From a virus, in the IMG/VR virus record IMGVR_UViG_3300044616_001452: a stretch of DNA of 64,000 nt. One strand, 5' to 3'. This document shows, piece after piece, positions 9,341-15,913 of the stretch (positions are counted from its first letter, which is position 1; every line of letters starts with the position of its first letter). The notes under the pieces were generated by a model. That model had not been told where the DNA came from. It worked only from the letters and a program-made list of their open reading frames with translations, and ran no database searches. Both the position numbers and the translations under genes were made by a program.

Positions 9341-9528
9341 ATACAAAAGATCAACCAATTAAAATGCGCAATCGCTTTAATTTGACGGATGTTTATTACA
9401 CATTAGCGCACTGGCCGTCTAAAGAAATTGATGGTGTTTTGTTTCTACCTGTAGTAAAAAATTATCCTTCAAATCAAAAACAACCTTTACATTATATCCG
9501 AAAAGATTCTTTGGAAAAAACTAAATGA
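9337..9528 (+). CDS. Hypothetical protein
   Basis: ORF with start/stop overlaps on both sides. Confidence 0.65.
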   Translation: MNTKDQPIKMRNRFNLTDVYYTLAHWPSKEIDGVLFLPVVKNYPSNQKQPLHYIRKDSLEKTK

Positions 9529-10304
9529 AAATTGCACTTGCATCTGACGTTCATCTGGAATTCGGTACTACATCATTCAATAACACTGATAATGCAGATG
9601 TTCTTATTTTATCGGGTGATATTTGTGTCGCTAACAATTTTCATCCTACAGATAAAAAATTTTTTCGTGAATGTTCTGAGCGTTTTCCAAATGTGATTTA
9701 TATCATGGGAAACCATGAACACTACAATGGTGATTATACACTGACCGAAAATCTTCTTCGTGAAGAGTTGGAAGAATTTACAAATATTCATCTGCTTGAA
9801 AAGCAAACGGTTGAGATCAATGGCTACACTTTTATTGGTGCTACTCTTTGGACCGACATGAACAAAAACGATCCTAATACTTTGTGGCATGTTAGCCGTG
9901 TAATGAACGATTTTCGTATTATTCGTAATAGTGGAGCGATTGAAGATCGAGAAAAACTTACTCCAATGTTTGTGTATAATGAACATGTGAGTACAATGCA
10001 CTATATCAAGAGTGTCATTGACGCTAACCCTGAAGGTAAGTTCGTAGTTGTTGGGCATCATGCACCATCTAAGAAGTCAGTGAAACCTCGCTATCATGGC
10101 GATATTCTTACGAACGGTGCTTATTCTTCGGACTTGTCGGAGTTTATTCTTGACCACCCACAAATCAAACTATGGACGCATGGGCACACTCATGATGTTT
10201 TTGATTATATGATCGGTGATACTCGTATATTGTGTAATCCTCGTGGATATGCTCTATACGAAGAGCGCGCTGATGAATTTGAATTGCTTTTTACGGAGAT
10301 TTAA
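9525..10304 (+). CDS. Calcineurin-like metallophosphoesterase
   Basis: SDVH, GDI, GNHE, HHAP, HGHTH, NPRGY. Confidence 0.92.
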   Translation: MKIALASDVHLEFGTTSFNNTDNADVLILSGDICVANNFHPTDKKFFRECSERFPNVIYIMGNHEHYNGDYTLTENLLREELEEFTNIHLLEKQTVEINGYTFIGATLWTDMNKNDPNTLWHVSRVMNDFRIIRNSGAIEDREKLTPMFVYNEHVSTMHYIKSVIDANPEGKFVVVGHHAPSKKSVKPRYHGDILTNGAYSSDLSEFILDHPQIKLWTHGHTHDVFDYMIGDTRILCNPRGYALYEERADEFELLFTEI

Positions 10305-10305
10305 A

Positions 10306-10587
10306 ATGCCTATTTTTATGATTGATACTGTTCACACTTTTCGCCATAAGTGGCTGATTGAAGCAGAGACATTGGAACACGCTTACGATGAAATGGTGAT
10401 GACTGAACATGATCGTAAGTTTGATGAACTGACACAAAAATGTCTCGGTGAAATGATTATTGATGGGCGTGAAGTGACACGTGAAGAAATTGATAAAGTA
10501 GTTGCAACTCTTAAAGAGGACAAGGATGAATGGGTAAATCATTGGCTTGTGGATAAATGTATTCATAAAGTCGATTATTCTAAATAA
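10306..10587 (+). CDS. Hypothetical protein
   Basis: GGAG RBS before ATG 10306. Confidence 0.7.
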   Translation: MPIFMIDTVHTFRHKWLIEAETLEHAYDEMVMTEHDRKFDELTQKCLGEMIIDGREVTREEIDKVVATLKEDKDEWVNHWLVDKCIHKVDYSK

Positions 10588-10592
10588 TATTT

Positions 10593-10667
10593 CTGGCCGT
10601 CGTTCAATGGATAGGACAGCATTCTTCTAAAGTGCGAATGGGGGTTCGATTCCCTCCGGCCGGGCCA
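10593..10667 (+). tRNA. tRNA-Arg(UCU)
   Basis: Cloverleaf; anticodon loop CTTCTAA; T-loop TTCGATT; encoded CCA. Confidence 0.93.
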
Positions 10668-10684
10668 AACAATTTCGAGGTTTT

Positions 10685-11143
10685 GTGAAAGAAAAATTTA
10701 TTAATGCATATATGAAGGTAGCCGAAACGTTTGCCGAATTGTCATCGGCTCGGCGCCTTCATGTTGGCGCGATTATTGTAAAAGATGATCGTATCATTTC
10801 CATTGGTTATAATGGAATGCCCTCTGGTTGGGACAATGATTGTGAGGATTTAGTTGTCTATAGAAAAGAAATCGAACCTGGCATTTTTAACAACGAATAT
10901 AAACATGAATGGAAAACAAAACCCGAAGTCCTTCACGCTGAGACGAATGCAATTGCTAAGTTAGCTAAATCTACCGAATCTGGAAACGGCTCAACTTTAT
11001 TTGTTACGCATGCACCTTGTATGGATTGTGCAAAACTAGTTTATCAAAGTGGCATTAGTTCAGTTTACTATAGAAATACTTACCGTTCCGAAGATGGTAT
11101 TAATTTTTTAAATGCTGCTGGAGTGAACGTAAACAGAGTATAA
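10685..11143 (+). CDS. cd: dCMP deaminase
   Basis: GYNG, HAETNA, PCMDC. Confidence 0.93.
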   Translation: MKEKFINAYMKVAETFAELSSARRLHVGAIIVKDDRIISIGYNGMPSGWDNDCEDLVVYRKEIEPGIFNNEYKHEWKTKPEVLHAETNAIAKLAKSTESGNGSTLFVTHAPCMDCAKLVYQSGISSVYYRNTYRSEDGINFLNAAGVNVNRV

Positions 11144-11200
11144 TTCACCAGATGAAAAATCCATTGCTCTAAATAAAATGGAGCATACCTGGAGGATTAT

Positions 11201-11716
11201 ATGCATCTCAGAGTGATCAATAGTCCAGAAAAAAATTTCACCCCATTTGTAAGAAAAGCCTCACTTTTTTATGCGGAATATCTGATGCCAAGTAAAAGGC
11301 TCAGAGATAACGTGCATCTAAAAATAAAGTTCAATAAAAAAAGTAACTATTGGGGTTTGGCATACATTGATGATAATAATGATGCTAAAAAACCTAGAAA
11401 GTTTGTAGTAGAATTACATCCTTGGATCGGCGCAAGAGAAATTTTTATAACCTTAGCACATGAAATGGTGCACATTCGACAATATGTCAAGGGTGACACC
11501 AATGAAAATTTATCCAAATGGAAAGGTGAAAGAATCAATTCAGAAGTGATGGATTATTACCATCATCCATGGGAAATGGAAGCTTATAGTTTAGAAACTT
11601 GTCTATATACCAAGTTCGCTATAAAAGAACAATTATGGTATGTTTTTAAAGATATAGGTAATCCAGAATTACCAATCAAAGAAGAAAAAATAAAATGGAG
11701 AAGTAAACCAATTTAA
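11201..11716 (+). CDS. Putative zinc metallopeptidase (HExxH)
   Basis: TLAHEMVHIRQY and PWEMEA motifs. Confidence 0.7.
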   Translation: MHLRVINSPEKNFTPFVRKASLFYAEYLMPSKRLRDNVHLKIKFNKKSNYWGLAYIDDNNDAKKPRKFVVELHPWIGAREIFITLAHEMVHIRQYVKGDTNENLSKWKGERINSEVMDYYHHPWEMEAYSLETCLYTKFAIKEQLWYVFKDIGNPELPIKEEKIKWRSKPI

Positions 11717-11717
11717 T

Positions 11718-12461
11718 ATGAAAACTGCTTTATTATTGACAGGTAATCCAAGATTTTCAAAAGACTTCGATTCACAGATACATAATCTAAAAAATAGCGA
11801 AATAGATTGGTATATTTGTTTTTGGAAAAGAGAAGAAGGTTTTGATCCAAAAATATCCAAAAATTGGCATGTGAAAAATTCTTGGCAAGTGTTGGAAAAA
11901 ATAAAACCTTTTCTTCCACCTGGGCATAGAATTAAATATATTGAACTTCTCGATCCTAACGATTACTCCGTTTTGCCTTACGATTATCAAGACTATTACA
12001 GTAATCCAATAAACATCTGGCAACAATATAAAATATTACAATATTGTGATAGGTGGAGAAGAGAATTAGATTCTTATGATTTAGTTATTCGTTCAAGAAC
12101 AGATTTAGGGCTTAGTGAAAATATCGATTTAAAATTGGCGTACAGTTGTTTGTCTAAAGATTCGAAGGTCATTTATACACCTAATAATCAAAGAAACGGC
12201 TATATAGCAAATGTCGGTGGTTATCAAACCGGATTTTGTGACCAATTTGCAATAGGGTTACCACACATAATATCGGCATATTGTGATTCTATAGATAAAT
12301 TTCATGATTTGTATATGTCAGGCACAAAATACAATCCGGAATATCTTTTACAAACTGCACTGATGAACGAAGGTATAACTTGGCCTCCAACTTCTTTTGA
12401 GATAATAAGAGAAAATATACACTGGCAACCTATTGACCATGGAAAATGGGCGAACGTGTAA
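11718..12461 (+). CDS. Putative glycosyltransferase-like protein (GQPR family, paralog 2)
   Basis: ALLLTGNPRF, YDLVIRSRTD, CDQFAIG. Confidence 0.6.
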   Translation: MKTALLLTGNPRFSKDFDSQIHNLKNSEIDWYICFWKREEGFDPKISKNWHVKNSWQVLEKIKPFLPPGHRIKYIELLDPNDYSVLPYDYQDYYSNPINIWQQYKILQYCDRWRRELDSYDLVIRSRTDLGLSENIDLKLAYSCLSKDSKVIYTPNNQRNGYIANVGGYQTGFCDQFAIGLPHIISAYCDSIDKFHDLYMSGTKYNPEYLLQTALMNEGITWPPTSFEIIRENIHWQPIDHGKWANV

Positions 12462-12527
12462 ATATTTTTATAAAAAATTAATAAAAAGCCTATATACCTG
12501 TATATTAAATTTTTTACGGAGATTTTT

Positions 12528-12632
12528 GTGTTAGTCTTATCCAAACCTACCTTTACAACATGCGAGTATCGCCCAAGCATTGCCGGCGATAATCTGTCAT
12601 GGATACAAGGTACAAGGGGTTTGATGAGTTAA
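12528..12632 (+). CDS. Putative attenuator leader peptide (34 aa, MLVLSKPTFTTCEYRPSIAGDNLSWIQGTRGLMS)
   Basis: GGAG SD 6 nt before GTG; contains 19 of 20 amino acids; last codons overlap the antiterminator strand. Confidence 0.75.
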   Translation: MLVLSKPTFTTCEYRPSIAGDNLSWIQGTRGLMS

Positions 12633-12690
12633 AGTTCCAAAAAGTTCCAAAAATTCTCAAACCCCTAGATCGAAAGACTAGGGGTTTTTT
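12542..12690 (+). promoter_or_regulatory. Transcription attenuator (alternative antiterminator/terminator pairings)
   Basis: AGGGGTTTGA (12615-12624) is perfectly complementary to TCAAACCCCT (12657-12666), which overlaps the terminator 5' arm. Confidence 0.75.
12659..12690 (+). terminator. Rho-independent terminator upstream of the tRNA array
   Basis: AAACCCCTAG-atcgaaaga-CTAGGGGTTT followed by more Ts. Confidence 0.9.
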
Positions 12691-12693
12691 GTT

Positions 12694-12765
12694 GTTGTAT
12701 AAAAACAACAGTGTATTGCCAAGACAAGCAAATGCTACTATAATACACATATACGTTCTTTAAAA
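12694..12765 (+). promoter_or_regulatory. tRNA-array promoter 1 with GTTG-N8-CAAC box and boxA-like site
   Basis: GTTGtataaaaaCAAC; TTGCCA-17-TATAAT at 12716-12744; CGTTCTTTAAAA at 12754-12765. Confidence 0.75.
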
Positions 12766-12781
12766 ATTAGATGTAACTTGT

Positions 12782-12855
12782 TGGGGTGTGGTGAAATGGT
12801 ATCACACAGGATTTTGATTCCCGTATTCTTGGTTCGATTCCAAGCACCCCTGCCA
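12782..12855 (+). tRNA. tRNA-Gln(UUG)
   Basis: Cloverleaf; loop TTTTGAT; CCA. Confidence 0.92.
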
Positions 12856-12862
12856 AAATTTA

Positions 12863-12950
12863 GGAAGCGTGGTCGAGTGGTCTATGGCGCCAGTCTTGAA
12901 ATCTGGAGGTCCGAAAGGGTCCGTGAGTTCGAATCTCACCGCTTCCGCCA
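12863..12950 (+). tRNA. tRNA-Ser(UGA)
   Basis: Long variable arm; loop CTTGAAA; GCCA end. Confidence 0.93.
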
Positions 12951-12958
12951 AATTTAAT

Positions 12959-13048
12959 GGAGTGATCCCATAATGGTATTGGAGCGGATTGCTAATCCGT
13001 CGGTTTGCGAAAGCAGGCTTCTGGGTTCGAGTCCCAGTCACTCCGCCA
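12959..13048 (+). tRNA. tRNA-Ser(GCU)
   Basis: Long variable arm; loop TTGCTAA; GCCA end. Confidence 0.93.
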
Positions 13049-13050
13049 AC

Positions 13051-13145
13051 GGTAGGTAGCACTGGTGTGCGGCTGAGTCTTATAAGCTCGGGAGATCGGT
13101 CAGATGGGCTGAAACGGAAGGGTTCGAATCCCTTACCTACTACCA
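13051..13145 (+). tRNA. Atypical class II tRNA with UAU anticodon (amino-acid identity uncertain)
   Basis: GGTAGGT/ACCTACT acceptor; GCAC-TGGT-GTGC D arm; 6-bp anticodon stem with loop CTTATAA; long variable arm; TTCGAAT; ACCA. Confidence 0.8.
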
Positions 13146-13152
13146 AATACAT

Positions 13153-13230
13153 GCACAGGTGGCAGAGAGGCCCAATGCAAGAGTCTGCAAAACTCTAAAG
13201 CCGTCGGTTCGAATCCGACCCTGTGCTCCA
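13153..13230 (+). tRNA. tRNA-Cys(GCA)
   Basis: Loop CTGCAAA; U73 discriminator; CCA. Confidence 0.93.
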
Positions 13231-13345
13231 GTTGCAATAAAACAACGTTGTAAAAATACAACAAAATCGAAGTTGACAACGGTACCAATACCTGTATAAT
13301 TGATTCTGTTGTCGATGCAGTAGTGATAACAAACGATCTTTAAAA
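13231..13345 (+). promoter_or_regulatory. tRNA-array promoter 2 with tandem GTTG-N8-CAAC boxes and boxA-like site
   Basis: Boxes at 13231-13246 and 13247-13262; TTGACA-16-TATAAT at 13273-13300; CGATCTTTAAAA at 13334-13345. Confidence 0.75.
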
Positions 13346-13361
13346 AAAATAGCTGTTCAAT

Positions 13362-13436
13362 GCACGGTTCGTCTATCGGTTAGGACGCTAGCCTTTCACG
13401 CTGGAAAGACGGGTTCGATTCCCGTACCGTGTACCA
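13362..13436 (+). tRNA. tRNA-Glu(UUC)
   Basis: Loop CTTTCAC; cloverleaf; CCA. Confidence 0.93.
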
Positions 13437-13558
13437 TATTGAAGCACATTAGAATCTGTAAAAAGATCCAGGGTTGGTACACCTCATGACTTTCGGCCGT
13501 GCTGAGTTTACGGAAACAAGCGGAAGCATGCATAGACCGTAGTGTGTTTCAATATGGT
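13433..13558 (+). ncRNA. Putative ncRNA A closed by a long stem (inter-tRNA spacer)
   Basis: ACCATATTGAAGCACATT pairs with AGTGTGTTTCAATATGGT; same stem family as 13972-14071. Confidence 0.55.
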
Positions 13559-13724
13559 AATAGGGTTCTGTCCCGTAAGGGAATGGTAACGAAAGTGCCT
13601 TCCAATATGTTCGGTGGCCAACGAGCATAGATGCGGAATGTATGAGTAGAGAGGTGAACGAAAGTTTGCGATAAAGCCCCGGTAGGCCTAAGCATGTAAT
13701 GTGTACAAAGTACATCCCTGTATC
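13556..13724 (+). ncRNA. Putative structured ncRNA B
   Basis: TAGGG...CCCTG closing pair; hairpins TCCC-gtaa-GGGA, TATGTTCG..CGAGCATA, AAC-gaaa-GTT, TGTAC-aaa-GTACA; no sense-strand ORF in the track. Confidence 0.45.
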
Positions 13725-13731
13725 AATTTTC

Positions 13732-13818
13732 GGGTGCGTAGCCAAATGGTTGACGGCAGCAGACTGTAAATCTGTGACATAAGAAACGCTGGTGGTTCGA
13801 ATCCATCCGCACCCACCA
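13732..13818 (+). tRNA. tRNA-Tyr(GUA)
   Basis: Loop CTGTAAA; long variable region; CCA. Confidence 0.93.
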
Positions 13819-13820
13819 AT

Positions 13821-13894
13821 GCGGGTATAACTTAGTGGTAAAGTAGCTGGCTTTTAACCAGCAAATCCGAGTTCGATTCTCGGTGCCCGTACCA
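13821..13894 (+). tRNA. tRNA-Lys(UUU)
   Basis: Loop CTTTTAA; CCA. Confidence 0.93.
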
Positions 13895-13898
13895 AATT

Positions 13899-13975
13899 GC
13901 CCTCTTACTCCAATTGGTAGAGAGGACGGTCTTAGAAGCCGTAGAGTCTCAGTTCGAATCTGAGAGAGGGCACCA
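13899..13975 (+). tRNA. tRNA-Leu(UAG), short variable loop
   Basis: Loop CTTAGAA; variable region only 5 nt; ACCA. Confidence 0.88.
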
Positions 13976-14071
13976 TATTGAAGCATTCTAAACTGGACGC
14001 AGGATCGGGGAAAGTCAAAAGCGGGTTGATCACCACAAGTAGACTGGAGATCAAGAGTGCTTTAATATGGT
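13972..14071 (+). ncRNA. Putative ncRNA C closed by a long stem (inter-tRNA spacer)
   Basis: ACCATATTGAAGCATTCT pairs with AGAGTGCTTTAATATGGT (18 bp); fills the gap between tRNA-Leu and tRNA-Asp exactly. Confidence 0.55.
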
Positions 14072-14143
14072 TCCATAGTATATCGGCGAGTATAGCGCCC
14101 TGTCACGGCGCAGGAACGGGTTCGAATCCCGTTGGGACCGCCA
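14069..14143 (+). tRNA. tRNA-Asp(GUC)
   Basis: Loop CTGTCAC; GCCA end. Confidence 0.93.
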
Positions 14144-14145
14144 AT

Positions 14146-14219
14146 ACCTGATTAGCTCAAAGGTAGAGCACCCGGCTGATAACCGGAAGACACTGGATCG
14201 TTACCAGTATCAGGTACCA
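14146..14219 (+). tRNA. tRNA-Ile(GAU), non-canonical T-loop
   Basis: Loop CTGATAA; T-loop ATCGTTA; ACCA. Confidence 0.88.
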
Positions 14220-14225
14220 GATTTA

Positions 14226-14274
14226 GTTGTTTATATACAACAGTATTGCCAAGTTCGATATATAGTTATATAAT
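14226..14274 (+). promoter_or_regulatory. tRNA-array promoter 3 with GTTG-N8-CAAC box
   Basis: GTTGtttatataCAAC; TTGCCA-17-TATAAT at 14246-14274. Confidence 0.75.
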
Positions 14275-14344
14275 GTTTTTCAAGTCGGGAGACTTTAAGA
14301 AGTACGCCGTTTCCTTCGGGTAACCCTGTATACGGTAAGCAGGA

Positions 14345-14541
14345 TTTTTATTGTTGTCGTTTTGGAAAATACCTGTGAACGCAGGTTAGTGAATCTGTCA
14401 ATGTGTGGTTAATTCGAATAGACCACGTATACAGTTGTTATCAAGTGAAGACCTTTTGGACGCATTAGGAATAAGCTTGGTCGTTAAAATCAAACGCCAG
14501 TACGGTGAAGGCTGGCTATAACGAAACGACAACAATAAAAA
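14345..14541 (+). ncRNA. Putative ~200-nt multi-hairpin ncRNA D
   Basis: Perfect 18-bp terminal inverted repeat TTTTTATTGTTGTCGTTT/AAACGACAACAATAAAAA enclosing several hairpins. Confidence 0.55.
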
Positions 14542-14543
14542 TT

Positions 14544-14618
14544 GGGCTGCTAGTGATAATGGGAGCACGCCGCCTTTGCACGGCGGAGGTTGGAGTTCGA
14601 TCCTCCAGCGGTCCACCA
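14544..14618 (+). tRNA. tRNA-Ala(UGC)
   Basis: Loop TTTGCAC; G3:U70 identity pair; ACCA. Confidence 0.94.
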
Positions 14619-14624
14619 AGTTTC

Positions 14625-14698
14625 GCCCCTATAGTTAAATGGTATAACAGTTGACTTGTAATCATCAATTTCCAGTTCGATTCCGGGTGGGGGCACCA
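14625..14698 (+). tRNA. tRNA-Thr(UGU)
   Basis: Loop CTTGTAA; CCA. Confidence 0.9.
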
Positions 14699-14706
14699 AT
14701 TTTAAG

Positions 14707-14784
14707 CCGAGTGTAGGATAGTCCGGTCATTCCGCCTGCTTTGGGAGCAGGAAATCGTGTGTTCGAATCACACCACTCGGACCA
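14707..14784 (+). tRNA. tRNA-Pro(UGG)
   Basis: Loop TTTGGGA; CCA. Confidence 0.93.
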
Positions 14785-14790
14785 GTTTAT

Positions 14791-14866
14791 TCCGGAGTAG
14801 CACAGAGGTAGTTGCGTCTGACTGTTAATCAGAATGTCGTTGGTTCGATCCCAGCCTCCGGAGCCA
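14791..14866 (+). tRNA. tRNA-Asn(GUU)
   Basis: Loop CTGTTAA; TCC...GGAGCCA. Confidence 0.94.
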
Positions 14867-14872
14867 GTTGAA

Positions 14873-14947
14873 GGTAATGTAGCATAACGGTAGTGCGCCT
14901 CCTTCATACGGAGAAAAGTGTTGGTTCAACTCCAACCATTACCACCA
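14873..14947 (+). tRNA. tRNA(CAU), probably elongator Met
   Basis: Loop TTCATAC; G1-C72 paired; Met versus Ile2 not resolved. Confidence 0.8.
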
Positions 14948-14959
14948 AAGGAGATTATT

Positions 14960-15847
14960 ATGTTGTTGGATGAAATTATTTCTGTTCCATATACTACTCA
15001 TCCTAAGATGACGAAAAATAAAGGCAACATTTTCAACAAAACTCCAAATTTAGATTATATTCGTTCTAAAGAAAAAGAGTTAAAACAATTTGCTCCTGAT
15101 TTGTGTGCCGAGACATTTGAAAATATCTCAAAGCAACTTGTTCGAAAAAGTTCAATCTACTGTGGTGTACCACAAACAGATTCAATGATTGAATTTGCAA
15201 TGAATTTTGAAGAAGATGTTGCAATTATGCATAACGGAAAATTATCAGGAATTTGTTTCTGTTTTCCAAGCAGTTGGATTCCTAAAAAACGCATAGGTAT
15301 GTCTCTAGAAGATATTCATTCACAAGTTGCGGATAATGAAAGACTTATAAAAATGAGCGCAAAAATTGCAAGCACAATGGCTGATCCTGTTTTAGGTTCT
15401 TTTCGAAGATATGTATGGACGATTACAAATAATCCTGAATTGAGTAATCATCCAAAAAGAAAAAGTATGATTGTTCCTAAAAGTTTAGATGATTTGTATT
15501 TTAGACTTGAAACTCAAACAACTGCACCTATAGGTGACTGTGTGACAAGTTTGTTCTTTGTTAAAGTTCAAGTAATTCCTCTTAGTCATGTCTGGGGAAG
15601 TTACGGTAAACTAATTACTAACAGTGTAAATTCTATGAGTGATGCAATCTTGGAATACAAAAATCTAAAGCATATTAAAACGGTCCTTAGTTCAATGGAT
15701 CAGAACACCGGGCTACGAACCCGTGAGGTTGGGAGTTCGAATCTCTCAGGACCGGCCAACCATAATTTGAAAGATGAGTATTATGATATTCTTACAACTG
15801 AAGATTGTTTAGTTAAAGATTCTCCCAGTGGTGTAAAGGCAACATAA
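14960..15847 (+). CDS. DUF3445 / heme-dependent oxidative N-demethylase alpha-like protein; 3' end reads through tRNA genes
   Basis: AGGAG RBS; EDVAIM, CFPSSW..K.IG.SL..IH..V, RYVWTI, FRLETQT motifs. Confidence 0.7.
   Translation: MLLDEIISVPYTTHPKMTKNKGNIFNKTPNLDYIRSKEKELKQFAPDLCAETFENISKQLVRKSSIYCGVPQTDSMIEFAMNFEEDVAIMHNGKLSGICFCFPSSWIPKKRIGMSLEDIHSQVADNERLIKMSAKIASTMADPVLGSFRRYVWTITNNPELSNHPKRKSMIVPKSLDDLYFRLETQTTAPIGDCVTSLFFVKVQVIPLSHVWGSYGKLITNSVNSMSDAILEYKNLKHIKTVLSSMDQNTGLRTREVGSSNLSGPANHNLKDEYYDILTTEDCLVKDSPSGVKAT
15681..15758 (+). tRNA. tRNA-Arg(ACG)
   Basis: Loop CTACGAA; TTCGAAT; GCCA. Confidence 0.9.
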
Positions 15848-15895
15848 GAGTCTCCAAAACTTTTGATTGCGGTTCGAATCCGTACTGGGAGGCCA
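15822..15895 (+). tRNA. tRNA-Trp(CCA)
   Basis: Loop CTCCAAA; G73; CCA. Confidence 0.92.
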
Positions 15896-15913
15896 TTTTA
15901 TCAGAGGTGGATT

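Noticed and set aside
12631-12650. AAAGTTCCAA tandem duplication as an independent repeat element
   Set aside because: Only two units; it lies in the antiterminator loop and is best treated as attenuator spacer
13433-14071. ACCATATTGAAGCA repeat as a CRISPR mini-array
   Set aside because: Only two copies about 540 nt apart, each paired with an inverted partner; no regular spacers and no cas genes in the window
13556-14541. tmRNA, RNase P, 6S, hammerhead or theta/HDV ribozyme identity for the spacer RNAs
   Set aside because: No tRNA-like domain with a tag ORF; the GGGGAAAGTC at about 14007 is in an element far too short for RNase P; multibranch rather than rod-like; no CUGANGA/GAAA core or complete HDV topology found by eye
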